NCBI GenBank assembly: GCA_001567355.1
Contig: JYNZ01000004.1
Coordinates: forward strand, 18,262-82,261
Direction of reading: 5' to 3'
DNA length: 64,000 nucleotides
From: a candidate division WS6 bacterium OLB20
GTDB taxonomy: Bacteria; Patescibacteriota; Dojkabacteria; B142; OLB20
Each line of letters begins with the position of its first letter. Within the stretch, counting starts at the first letter, position 1. A program made the position numbers and the translations under genes. Below are positions 31,214 through 41,143 of this stretch, one piece after another. Under the pieces are notes generated by a model. The model had not been told where the DNA came from, made no database searches, and saw only the letters and a list, made by a program, of their open reading frames with translations.

Positions 31214-31648
31214 ATGAAGCACACACGTTCAATAAAAAAAGATGAGCTGACACGCAACTGGTTTATTATTGACGCCAAAGGCGTTCGGCTCGGTAAGATC
31301 GCTACAGAGGCAGCACGACTGCTGATCGGTAAGCACAAGGTAACCAAGGCAGACAACATGGTAAGCGGTGATTCGGTCATCATTATCAATGCCAAGGAAG
31401 TCGATGTGCATCCGAAAAAATACCTGCAGAAAAAATATTACAATCACTCAGGGTATATCGGAGGAATGCGTGTCGAAACACTGGAGCAGGTGCTTGCAAA
31501 GCATCCGGAGCGTGTAATCGAACGGGCAGTCAAAGGAATGCTTCCCAAGACAAAGCTCGGGCGTGCAATGTACGGCAACCTCTATGTCTACGAAGGCGCA
31601 GAGCACAAGCACGAGGCCCAGCAACCTATTTCAGTTGAAATCAGCTAA
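31214..31648 (+). CDS. rplM: 50S ribosomal protein L13.
   Basis: L13 signature. Confidence 0.95.
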   Translation: MKHTRSIKKDELTRNWFIIDAKGVRLGKIATEAARLLIGKHKVTKADNMVSGDSVIIINAKEVDVHPKKYLQKKYYNHSGYIGGMRVETLEQVLAKHPERVIERAVKGMLPKTKLGRAMYGNLYVYEGAEHKHEAQQPISVEIS

Positions 31649-31649
31649 C

Positions 31650-32054
31650 ATGGCAGACAAGAAAACAGACAAATATTCATACGCAAAAGGTCGCAGAAAA
31701 ACTGCAAGTGCGACAGTAAGACTGTTCGCCGGAACAGGTCAGAACACAGTTAACGAGAAACCTCTGGAAGAGTTCTTCCCGGTAAAACTCGATCAGCGTC
31801 GCGTAATGAAACCGCTGCAGGTGCTTGGCAAACTGAAAGACTTTCACTTTACCGCACGCACAACAGGCGGTGGAACAACCGGTCAGGCAGGAGCTGTTCG
31901 CCATGCTCTGACACGAGCCCTTGTTGACTATGATCAGACCTACCGCGGTGACCTTAAAAAAGAAGGTCTGCTTACACGTGACCCGAGAATGGTTGAACGT
32001 AAGAAAACCGGTCTGCGCAAGGCACGTAAATCAGAACAGTTCTCAAAGCGTTAA
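31650..32054 (+). CDS. rpsI: 30S ribosomal protein S9.
   Basis: '...GGGTTGQAGAVRHALTRAL...KARKSEQFSKR'. Confidence 0.95.
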   Translation: MADKKTDKYSYAKGRRKTASATVRLFAGTGQNTVNEKPLEEFFPVKLDQRRVMKPLQVLGKLKDFHFTARTTGGGTTGQAGAVRHALTRALVDYDQTYRGDLKKEGLLTRDPRMVERKKTGLRKARKSEQFSKR

Positions 32055-32133
32055 GCCTTATTCCACTACAGGAGTGCTCCTGTTATAATTTCCTCACACC
32101 CGTTTTCAAGGGTGAAACTTAACGTGAACGCCA

Positions 32134-32811
32134 ATGTTTAGGAAGCTGCTCATCGCAACGGTCATAATCATAGGCCTCGCTATTCTTGCATTCTGGTCTC
32201 CCTGGCAGCAGTGGGACTTCAGCATTACATCAATCCTTGGAATTGAATCCAAGGATGAGTTCTCGGCTCTCAAGGTCAAGTCACTGGGGGGCACGCTTGA
32301 AGTCTTTGTTGACGGTCAGAGTTTCGGCGAGACGTCTGCAGACGAGGATTTTCTGGAAGTGTTTCCGGTTGAGCCCGGTGAACACACTGTACGTCTTGTC
32401 CGCAAGGCTGATGCAGACTATACTGAGATTGTAAGAAAAATCAATTTCGAGCCCGCAGTCGACGTAATCATCGGTTATGAGATAGGTCCCAATGAACAAT
32501 TCTCGGAGGGGCATATCCTCTATGCACGACGCAGCTTTACTGCACAGGGAGACCCGGGTGTCGAAGTATATTCGTCACCTGAAAAGGTCAATGTGCAGCT
32601 GGACGGTCAGGATATCGGTCAGACGCCTCTTAAGGATATTGCACTGACAACGGACCGCAAGCACACGCTTGCCTTCTCAAAGCCTGGTTATGACCCGCTA
32701 GAGATCGAAATTCTGCCTGAAAACCAGGCCGATCGTGACAAGCTGAAGAATATGATCCTGACCCTTGAAATCAACCTGTTTGCACAGCCAGTTCGAATAG
32801 TTGAACAATAA
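32134..32811 (+). CDS. Membrane-anchored PEGA-domain protein.
   Basis: N-terminal TM; 'VNVQLDGQDIGQTPLKDIALTTDRKHTLAFSKPGYDP' PEGA motif. Confidence 0.5.
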   Translation: MFRKLLIATVIIIGLAILAFWSPWQQWDFSITSILGIESKDEFSALKVKSLGGTLEVFVDGQSFGETSADEDFLEVFPVEPGEHTVRLVRKADADYTEIVRKINFEPAVDVIIGYEIGPNEQFSEGHILYARRSFTAQGDPGVEVYSSPEKVNVQLDGQDIGQTPLKDIALTTDRKHTLAFSKPGYDPLEIEILPENQADRDKLKNMILTLEINLFAQPVRIVEQ

Positions 32812-33921
32812 ATGCCGGTAAAACTGCACAGTACAAGTAAATATCCCACATCTCTGATAGTCCGCGGTGCAGACCAGCTCGGTGTCGAGCTGGCCAGATC
32901 GCTTCTTGAACAGGGTGGTTATGTGATCATGGTTGATTATGAGCGGTCAGTAACACAGGAGCTGGTTGATCTGCTGTCTGAATACAAGCTCTTCACACTT
33001 ATAGACTTCACATCGCTAACAACACTTGAGGACGACCTGCGCAGACTTGACTACGTATTCTACCTGCAGCACAAGTCGCATGATCTGCGCGAACGGATCA
33101 GCTCGCAGGAGTTTCTGCAGGCATCAAACTATCTGGACAGTATTCTTGACCTGACAACAAAGTTTGAGGCCAAGTTTCTGCTGACTACGTCGATACGGGC
33201 GCATCAGCTTACAATGAGCGGAGAAGATGCTGATATCAGCTCAGGATTCGATACGCCACATTCCATCTATACAGATGTTGAGATACAACGCTACTCAGAA
33301 GGACTGGTTTCGGAATATCAGGAGAAGGTCGGTATTGATTCCCGCATAGTCAGGCTGGGTGAATTGCTTGGCAAGGGTATGAATGTTGCTGCCAACTCCA
33401 AACTGGTAGAGCTGATACATGAGGCCATCCGTGGCGAGAATCTGCATCTGCCCGGTGACGGTCTTGATGCGGATTATTACATACATTACCTTGACGCTGC
33501 CTACGGTCTGCTTAAGGCACAATTTTCCATGAACACCCGCGGCAAGACGTTTACTCTTGCCAATGACGAAGAGGTTACACTCCTGACGATTGCGTATAAA
33601 CTCCTTGAGATCGAGCCTGCTGCACAGGATATCGTGTTTGATCAACAGGATAACGAGTTGCCTCCGATAAAACTGTACAAGCCGGCACCAAACCTCAATA
33701 CTATCGGCTGGCGACCGCGTGTTAGTCTGGAACGTTCGCTTGCGCAGTCTGTTGACTATCTCCGCAGTGAGCTGGATCGAAGTGGTGATGACCCCGGGCT
33801 TGCAGGTCCTGATGAGGACAGTGAACAGGTGCAGCCCAGACGCGGAGGCTTTTTAGGCATGCTACGCGACTTTTTTTTATCACCGAACAGCCTGGGCAGG
33901 ATCCTGTTGAACAGACGGTAG
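32812..33921 (+). CDS. NAD-dependent epimerase/dehydratase-like Rossmann protein with a degenerate glycine-rich loop and no YxxxK.
   Basis: 'LIVRGADQLGVELARSLLEQGGYVIMVD' and C-terminal '...NTIGWRPRVSLERSL' resemble extended SDRs, but catalytic residues are not conserved. Confidence 0.4.
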   Translation: MPVKLHSTSKYPTSLIVRGADQLGVELARSLLEQGGYVIMVDYERSVTQELVDLLSEYKLFTLIDFTSLTTLEDDLRRLDYVFYLQHKSHDLRERISSQEFLQASNYLDSILDLTTKFEAKFLLTTSIRAHQLTMSGEDADISSGFDTPHSIYTDVEIQRYSEGLVSEYQEKVGIDSRIVRLGELLGKGMNVAANSKLVELIHEAIRGENLHLPGDGLDADYYIHYLDAAYGLLKAQFSMNTRGKTFTLANDEEVTLLTIAYKLLEIEPAAQDIVFDQQDNELPPIKLYKPAPNLNTIGWRPRVSLERSLAQSVDYLRSELDRSGDDPGLAGPDEDSEQVQPRRGGFLGMLRDFFLSPNSLGRILLNRR

Positions 33922-33989
33922 ATGGCGCCCTGCAGCGACTTGTCCAGGAACGAAAGGCGCAGGAACGGGCACGCAAGGGCAGTATTGTC

Positions 33990-35945
33990 ATGGCCAATAC
34001 CAACCTGCGTAAACGGCTTAAACCAAAGCCTCAGAAGACCGGTTTTGAACGGTTCAGTGATGCTGCAAATGAATGGTTTTTCAGATTCAAGCGGCGCTTC
34101 TATTTTCTGCGAAATATCACCCTGACTGATTTTTTTCTCATGCTGGGCGGGACAGCCGCACTGGGTGTGATCTACTTCCTTGTGGTATCCCCAGCCTTCA
34201 GTCTGGCCAGAAATGTCTATGTTATTCATACCAATCTTACGGGTCTTAACAATGCTGTCCAGGTATTTGATCTTGCTGCGGGTGAGTCACGTGCTGCAAC
34301 GATCAAGTCGAATCTGGTTGAGGCACAGCAGCGAACCGAAGAGTTGCGTTTTCTGTTTGATCTCACCCAGAACCATGCAGCCTACCTGCAGGTTCAGAGC
34401 CTGCTTGATGACAGCAACGAGTTCATGTCGGGTTTTCTTGATGTGTTCTCGGCCCTCAGACCGCTACAGGATTACACCGCAGAGTATAAACCCAACATAG
34501 TCTACCGCTTCAGTGACGGCAATACACTTTCGGCCTCCCCTGCGACAGGCAGCGGGCTGACGCTGGAAAGAATGGAGGAGAACAGATCGCTGCTGAAAAT
34601 CGGTGTCGACAGAATGGAAAAAGCACGCGCAGACATTCTTGCCGGACTTGCTGAATCACCAGCCTGGCTGTCAGATCTGATGCGTGATGACATAACCGGT
34701 ATCGATACGCAGTTTCCGGCATTTACCTCGCTTGCAGATACATATGAATACATTCCTGTTCTGCTTGGTTCGGGAAATCCGCAGGAATATCTGATTGTCG
34801 TTCAGGACAATGCCCGATACACAGCGGGAGGTGGTGAGATAGCGGGTTTTATCTCAGTCTCACTTGCGGATGGAGTGCCACAGGCAGTTACTGTACTAAA
34901 GCCGTCAGAGCTTTCACTCGACGGGTTTCGCGCGGACCAGCTTGTGCTTGCTGATATCAATCTTCTTGCAAACAAAGACGTTACAGCAGAAAACATAACT
35001 CTGAGTGATCTTGCTTTGATCAGCGATCCTGATCTGCGCCTTAAGACTGTTGGAGAGCTGTATACCGCAAGATCAGGTAAGCCTCTCGCAGGTGTGATAA
35101 TGTTGAACCTCAACGTGATGGAACGTTTCCTGCGTGCAGGTGGGCCATTGTCGTATCAGCAGGTTGAATTTACTGATGACACACTGCTCAGTGGAATAAA
35201 TATTCTGCTTGGTGATCAGCGCAGCAGCGAGTTCAGAAGCGAGATAATCATGAATCTTTACGCGCGGCTTATAGAACGGGAGTTCAATTCGTTTGAGGGC
35301 AGATTTATGGATCTGTTCAGCATTCTTGCCCAGTCACGGGAACTGGGGGACATTGCCCTTTACTCTGACAGCATAGAAGTCAAAAACTACATCCTCGTGT
35401 CTTCGCCGGAAACTGTCACCGGTAAAGACATCTTGTCCTTCGGACTCAATTATGATCAGGAATCCGTGGTAATCAACAAGTATCCGATAGTTACGATAAA
35501 TGCTGTTGTGGAGATTGATGCTGATTTCAGTACTAAGAAAACAGTTGAAATCGCAGCAAGCGGGGTGGAAGCTTTGCAGAACAGCTATGTCTGCACCCCA
35601 AGTGGATCAACCGGATTCAATTTTACCGGAGTAACTGATGATCTTGTTTCAAGTACATTCACAGCAGACACGTTCTGCAATATCTTTCTTGAGGACGAGG
35701 ATCTGCGCTACGGCGTTGGCTTTGAGACGATTCCTTTTGAAAATAGTAATGGCACAGGTTATAATTATGTTTTGAGTCTGGAAAAAAATCCGGGCATTGG
35801 AGCAAACTACGATATAGAATTTAGTTTTGACCCTTCCCTGAGCGTGCTACCTGTTGACGAATCCTTCATAGCTCAAGGGGATGCCTTCATTTATTCCGGA
35901 GTCATTACTGGTGACAAGCGATTTATATTTGAAATATCTAAATAA
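33990..35945 (+). CDS. Large N-terminally anchored extracytoplasmic protein, unknown function.
   Basis: 651 aa, single TM near residue 45-65, no recognised catalytic motif. Confidence 0.5.
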   Translation: MANTNLRKRLKPKPQKTGFERFSDAANEWFFRFKRRFYFLRNITLTDFFLMLGGTAALGVIYFLVVSPAFSLARNVYVIHTNLTGLNNAVQVFDLAAGESRAATIKSNLVEAQQRTEELRFLFDLTQNHAAYLQVQSLLDDSNEFMSGFLDVFSALRPLQDYTAEYKPNIVYRFSDGNTLSASPATGSGLTLERMEENRSLLKIGVDRMEKARADILAGLAESPAWLSDLMRDDITGIDTQFPAFTSLADTYEYIPVLLGSGNPQEYLIVVQDNARYTAGGGEIAGFISVSLADGVPQAVTVLKPSELSLDGFRADQLVLADINLLANKDVTAENITLSDLALISDPDLRLKTVGELYTARSGKPLAGVIMLNLNVMERFLRAGGPLSYQQVEFTDDTLLSGINILLGDQRSSEFRSEIIMNLYARLIEREFNSFEGRFMDLFSILAQSRELGDIALYSDSIEVKNYILVSSPETVTGKDILSFGLNYDQESVVINKYPIVTINAVVEIDADFSTKKTVEIAASGVEALQNSYVCTPSGSTGFNFTGVTDDLVSSTFTADTFCNIFLEDEDLRYGVGFETIPFENSNGTGYNYVLSLEKNPGIGANYDIEFSFDPSLSVLPVDESFIAQGDAFIYSGVITGDKRFIFEISK

Positions 35946-36415
35946 TGCCAGACGATAAGATTGTTCTGACAAAAGAGGGACTCGCTGATCTAGAGGCTGA
36001 ACTTGAAATGCGACTTACCGAAACGCGCAAGAAGATTGCCGATGACATCGAAAAACGCACGACAGCAGGGTGATCTGTCCGAGAACGCTGCGTATAAAAA
36101 GCGCGATGGAGTCCAAGGAGTTTTAACGAGAACCGGATCAGTAAGCTGGAAGAAATGATCAAGAATGCCGAAATATCAAAGACTACCAAAGGCGGTGGTG
36201 TTTCTGTCGGTAAAACTGTCACGGTGGAAAACACAGAGACAGGAGTAAAACAGGAATTCCAGATTGTCGGACAGAGTGAAGCAGATCCTGCAGCACGCAA
36301 GATTTCGCTGGACTCACCGATCGGTGCAGCCTTGAAAGGTAAAAAAGAAGGTGATACCGTGACCGTAGACCTGCCTGTAGGGGAGGTCGAATTCAGGATC
36401 GTTAAAATCGGCTAG
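35945..36415 (+). CDS. greA: Transcription elongation factor GreA, interrupted by three 1-nt insertions (A5 at 36051-36055, A5 at 36096-36100, T4 at 36121-36124).
   Basis: Removing one base from each run gives a 157 aa GreA: 'MPDDKIVLTKEGLADLEAELE...IENARQQGDLSENAAYKSAMESKEFNENRISKLEEMIKNAEI...' continuing into the FKBP-like C-domain of ORF 36155..36415. Confidence 0.8.
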
Positions 36416-36442
36416 CTTAGTTAACTGACCCAGTAAGAACTG

Positions 36443-37751
36443 ATGGAACGGCACTCTGTCCCGCAGAACATCATGGACGTGGAGTTCAAGTTGTTCGGCT
36501 CGTTCACCATTAAACAGTTTGCCTACCTGGCAGCAGGTATCGTCGTTGCATTGCTGATCTTCTTTACACCGCTGCCGTCGCTTCTCAAGCTGATCCTTGT
36601 TCCGATGTCTGCACTTACGGGTATTTTTCTGGGCCTTGTGCGGATAAACGGTCAGCCGTCCACAACATTTGTTGCCAACTTTATTGTGGCATTATTCTCC
36701 ACACAGACACGCATCTGGAGTAAGGAAGCTAAAACTCCTGATATCCTGCAGGAAAGCAAGGCGATTGTTAATCCAGAGGATGCTGACAAAATTGTTTCTA
36801 TGAACAGATCGGTAACACGGGCGGCTAAGCTTAAGCCTCTTGAAAATCTTGTCGATGAGACAGAGGATAACGAACTTGACCAGGTTGAGGATGCACGCCT
36901 GTCTGAAATCGAAAAACATTTTGACTTTGCCGTCGAAGATCTGAAACGAGAGACTGCGCGTGTTGACGAGATTAAACGACCTGCAGCGCCACCGCAGGCA
37001 AAAGCACCGGTTGATGTGACAGTCGAACAGCCGGCTCTTGTACATTTTGATCCCGAAGAGGATAACCTGGCCGGCTCAATTGCCAGCAAGGAGCTGGAAG
37101 GGGAACCGATCATCCGCACGAACAAGTACGCCACCATGTTCAAGCAGATGCAGAGCCAGCCAAACAGGCCGATCTCAAGCCCGCAGCAGGTCCAAAAAAC
37201 AGCCGAGCCAAAGACTTCGCAACAGCAGGCACAGGCGCAACAGACATCTCCTTCTGTCGGGGAAGTGTCTGCAGAACCGCAAAAAAAAACAACCCGCAGC
37301 TGTTACATCAGAGCCTTCTGCACAGTCAGACAGACCGGCTCAGTCTGCAACAGATCAGAGCGGTCAGACCTCTTCGGGTGAAATGCAATCTCAGCCTTCA
37401 GCAGTAACCCGGACCCAGCCTGTTCAGCAGCAGGAAACGGCCATGAACCAGGCAGATGAACGTCTGAAGCAGCCGATGATACCTCCAAACCGTAAACCGA
37501 ACATAATTGCAGGGGTTGTTGTTGATAAGAGTGACAAGCCGATCCCGCATGCAACAATTGAGATAAAAGATCAGCGTGAACACCTGTTGCGCAAGCAGAC
37601 AACAACAGCCAACGGCACATTCAGTCTGAATACGCCGCTCGATAACGGAACGTACCACATCGATGTTGTTGCTGATGGCTTTAAGTTTGGACGCTTTGAG
37701 CTTATACTGTCGGGAACGGCACTTCCTAATTATAAATTCCGCGCAAAGTAA
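36443..37751 (+). CDS. PrgI/VirB3-like type IV secretion membrane protein fused to a long Q/P/A/S-rich linker and a C-terminal carboxypeptidase-regulatory-like beta-sandwich; frameshift in an A9 run (37281-37289).
   Basis: N-terminus 'IMDVEFKLFGSFTIKQFAYLAAGIVVALL...RINGQPSTTFVANFI' (two TM helices, PrgI-like pattern); C-terminus 'IAGVVVDKSDKPIPHATIEIKD...ANGTFSLN...GTYHIDVVADGFKF' (CarbopepD_reg-like). Confidence 0.5.
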
Positions 37752-38468
37752 TGGGTCTGTTCTCACCGTCAAAAATCACAACCCAGCAGCATCTGCCGAT
37801 CGAAGACATCCGGGATGACCTTGTCATCATGAAGAACGGTAATGTCTCACTGGTGATGGAGACTACAGCGTTAAACTTTGAACTGCTGTCCGAACGTGAG
37901 CAGGATGCAAAAATACTGACATTTGCCGGACTCCTCAATTCACTGCAGTTTCAGATGCAGATTGTTATCATGACAGAACGTACAGATATGTCGGTCTACA
38001 TCGACCGGTTGCGATCTTACCGTGAACAGCAGATCAGTAATGCATTGCGCAGGCAGATTGATATATACATCAAATTTATTAACAATCTGACCTTCAACAC
38101 TGAAGTACTTGATAAACGATTCTTTGTTGTTATCCCCGAGGTTGTTGCCGAGGTGCAGCGTACAAGCATGGTAAAGCAGATGTTTGGAAAGCCTGCGAAG
38201 ATAACAAATCTGCGGAGCATTATCGAAAAGGCAAAGGTCAAGGTGTATCCGAAACGAGATCATCTGACCAAGCAGTTTAAAAAAAATGGGTATTACTGCA
38301 CGCCAGCTTACCAATGAAGAACTGATCAGACTGTATTATTCAATGTACGACCCTGACAAAGCAGGTACGTCAAAGCTTGAGCTGCAGCCATCCGAACTTA
38401 CCAGCGGAATGGTGGGAGCATTGACAGAGGACGAGGTAAATCAGGAATTAGCAGCTGTAAAACAATAA
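37751..38468 (+). CDS. T4SS-associated soluble protein (~238 aa), frameshift in an A8 run (38279-38286).
   Basis: 'LPIEDIRDDLVIMKNGNVSLVMETTALNFELLSEREQDAKILTFAGLLNSL' resembles N-terminal regions seen in Gram-positive conjugation ATPase loci; stop overlaps the VirB4-like start (TAATG). Confidence 0.4.
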
Positions 38469-40549
38469 TGGGAATACTGCCGTTTTTCGGGAAGAAAAAA
38501 CCACAACAGCCACAGCCAGTCCAACCGGGTCAGCTTCCGGGTGCATCGCCTGCTCAGCAGCAACAGATCCAGCAGCAGCGGATGCAGGCAAATGTGCCTC
38601 AGCAGACACAGGTAAAGACGACGGTCACACAGGCCGCTAATCAGGAAACTAAGGCTGTCCAGATGTTCTCGCAAGGCGTACTTGATGTAAAGGACATCAT
38701 TGCACCTCCTGCTATCGAAATCGACTTCAACCACATGCTTGTGGGCGGTACTTACTTCCGGACATTTTTTGCGACAGGCTTTCCGCGCTGGGTTGGTGCA
38801 AACTGGCTGTCACCGCTGATCAACTTCGAAAAACCGCTGACAATATCAACGTTCTACTACCCTGTTGATTCTGCGCTGATTATGCAGCGTCTCAAACGCA
38901 AAATCGCAGAAATGCAGGCGACCCTGAATCTGGATATTGAAGCCGGAAAAATCCCTGACCCCAGTGTCAAGGTCGCGCTCAAGGATGCTGAGGATCTGCA
39001 GGATCAGATCGCCAGCGGAAATGAAAAGTTCTTCCACTTCGGTCTGTATGTGACAGCACGGGCAAAAAACCTGAAAGAGCTGGAAAAAATATCCAGAAAT
39101 GTTGAATCAACCCTGTCTGCAATCGGTGTCATCGTTAAAATCGCTTCACTACAGCAGGAGCAGGGCTTTACCACATCCATGCCCCTTGCTGAGGATCGTA
39201 TTCACCTCACAAGGAACATGGACACAACATCGCTTGCGACAACCTTTCCGTTTGTATCCAGCGAGCTGTCAATGGACGATGGCATTATGTACGGGGTCAA
39301 CAAGCATAATAAATCTCTGATTGTGTTTGACCGCTTTCAGATGCCTAATGCAAACATGGTTGTCTTTGCTACATCCGGAGCCGGTAAATCATACTTCGTT
39401 AAGCTTGAGGCGATGCGCAGTCTGATGTTTGGAACTGACGTCATTATCATCGACCCCGAAAAAGAATACGAGAAACTGACCGGGACCATCGGTGGTGAGT
39501 ATATCTCGTTCAGTCAGGACGGCGACCAGAAACTTAATCCATTTGAACTTTCGGGTATGTTTGATAAGGATGAGGACGAGCTTCGCTTTAAGATCCTCTA
39601 TCTGCACGGACTGATCCGTATTATGGTCGGCGGCAATCTGTCACCAATTGAAAGCGCCATCCTTGATCGTGCACTTATCCTGACCTATAAGGAAAAAGGA
39701 ATAACACCTGATCCTGCTACGCAGAGGCGCGAGCCGCCGCTGCTTGAGGATCTGTACAAGGTTCTGAATGCCATGGCTGAGACCGAGGCGCACAGTCTTG
39801 CACAGCGTCTTGAGCGTTACCTGCGTGGATCAGCTGCAGGCATTTTTGACCGCAGATCAACTGTTGAGATTACCAATACATTCACCGTATTCAGTATCCG
39901 CGATCTGACCGACGAAATGCGGCCGATTGCGATGTACATGATGCTTGATTACATCTGGACACGCGTAAAAAAGGATCGCAGGCAGCGTCTGCTGATTATT
40001 GATGAGGCGTGGTGGATGATGCAGTATCCGGATGCTGCACGGTTTGTCTATTCAGTCGCCAAGCGTGCTCGAAAGTATGCCCTGGGGTTGACTACGATCA
40101 GTCAGGATGTCGAGGACTTTCTCGGATCCGATTACGGTAAGGCGGTTGTCACCAACTCGTCAATCCAGATTCTGCTGAAGCAGAGTCCTGCTGCAGTTGA
40201 TCATATTCAGAACGTGTTTTATCTGTCTGATGGAGAACGAGACTTTCTGCTGAGTTCGGGAGTAGGCGAGGGACTGTTTTTTGCCGGTAACAACCATGTG
40301 GCCATGCAGGTTATTGCCTCAGAAAATGAGCATAACCTGATTACAACCAACCCGCGCGAGATGCTGCGAAAAGAGGAGGATTCCCTTGCCGTCAACCGCG
40401 GTCAGGGCCGCAGAGTGACAAACAGAGCCGAAATTGATACGATGAATCCAGTAGACGGAGTTCAGAATGCAGCTGCACCGGCAGGTCCGGCTCAGCAACC
40501 GCCTACCGGACAGCCGGTGATAGATTCCGGACTTAATCCAGTAGAATAA
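38468..40549 (+). CDS. VirB4/TrbE/CagE-family type IV secretion ATPase with a Gln-rich N-terminal low-complexity region.
   Basis: Walker A 'VFATSGAGKSYFVK', Walker B 'LLIIDEAWWMM', VirB4 N-domain pattern 'DVKDIIAPPAIEIDFNHMLVGGTYFRTFFATGFPRWV'. Confidence 0.85.
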   Translation: MGILPFFGKKKPQQPQPVQPGQLPGASPAQQQQIQQQRMQANVPQQTQVKTTVTQAANQETKAVQMFSQGVLDVKDIIAPPAIEIDFNHMLVGGTYFRTFFATGFPRWVGANWLSPLINFEKPLTISTFYYPVDSALIMQRLKRKIAEMQATLNLDIEAGKIPDPSVKVALKDAEDLQDQIASGNEKFFHFGLYVTARAKNLKELEKISRNVESTLSAIGVIVKIASLQQEQGFTTSMPLAEDRIHLTRNMDTTSLATTFPFVSSELSMDDGIMYGVNKHNKSLIVFDRFQMPNANMVVFATSGAGKSYFVKLEAMRSLMFGTDVIIIDPEKEYEKLTGTIGGEYISFSQDGDQKLNPFELSGMFDKDEDELRFKILYLHGLIRIMVGGNLSPIESAILDRALILTYKEKGITPDPATQRREPPLLEDLYKVLNAMAETEAHSLAQRLERYLRGSAAGIFDRRSTVEITNTFTVFSIRDLTDEMRPIAMYMMLDYIWTRVKKDRRQRLLIIDEAWWMMQYPDAARFVYSVAKRARKYALGLTTISQDVEDFLGSDYGKAVVTNSSIQILLKQSPAAVDHIQNVFYLSDGERDFLLSSGVGEGLFFAGNNHVAMQVIASENEHNLITTNPREMLRKEEDSLAVNRGQGRRVTNRAEIDTMNPVDGVQNAAAPAGPAQQPPTGQPVIDSGLNPVE

Positions 40550-40550
40550 G

Positions 40551-41111
40551 ATGGAATTTCTGCAGCAACAATTTACATTCACCGTCAGCGGAGCAGCTCT
40601 GGTTGGGATCATCCTGCTTGGCATAGTAAGTCTCATCTCGGTATTTATGCTGATTCTGAGGCTGATTCATAAGATCCGGACACTGCAGACTCCAAAGTAC
40701 GGATTCCTGGGTAAGCCCTTGTATGCTCTGGTGCTGGTCGCTGTCGCAGGAACAATCACATACTTCAGTTACAGCTTTTCAAGTCAGCCTGATTTTCAGA
40801 TTCAGGCATCTCGCACAGTGACGGCAGAGATCAAGACCTCTACTGTCAGCACCAATGGCGGTATGAGTATCGTCTCGTTTGAAGCCATACCGTATGTTAA
40901 CGGCATCCCCTACTATGGCGACAGTGGCGAGTTTGACATTCTCTGGAACATTACCGGTCCGGTGCGGATCGACAAGTTTGAATACGGCAAGACCCGCGCT
41001 GACAGAAGCGGATTTTCAGAGTCACTGCAGGCCGGCAGTTACACAGCACGCGCGGTAATTGTATACGAAGGTCGCAGTTATACCTTCAATCAGCCCTTCA
41101 GCGTCCCCTGA
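40551..41111 (+). CDS. Bitopic membrane protein, unknown function; possible T4SS accessory.
   Basis: Two N-terminal TM helices then a beta-rich ectodomain; starts 2 nt after the VirB4-like stop. Confidence 0.4.
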   Translation: MEFLQQQFTFTVSGAALVGIILLGIVSLISVFMLILRLIHKIRTLQTPKYGFLGKPLYALVLVAVAGTITYFSYSFSSQPDFQIQASRTVTAEIKTSTVSTNGGMSIVSFEAIPYVNGIPYYGDSGEFDILWNITGPVRIDKFEYGKTRADRSGFSESLQAGSYTARAVIVYEGRSYTFNQPFSVP

Positions 41112-41143
41112 GGTTTGTCCCCCTGTTTGTAGTATAATAAGTT

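Noticed and set aside
36652-37143. Minus-strand ORFs antisense to the PrgI-like gene.
   Set aside because: They arise from the low-complexity Q/P/A codon region; no independent support.
36443-41111. T4SS-like cluster interpreted as an integrative conjugative element.
   Set aside because: No relaxase, type IV coupling protein, integrase, att repeats or plasmid replication genes are visible. It is flanked by housekeeping genes (greA, rnpB, a Zn-peptidase).
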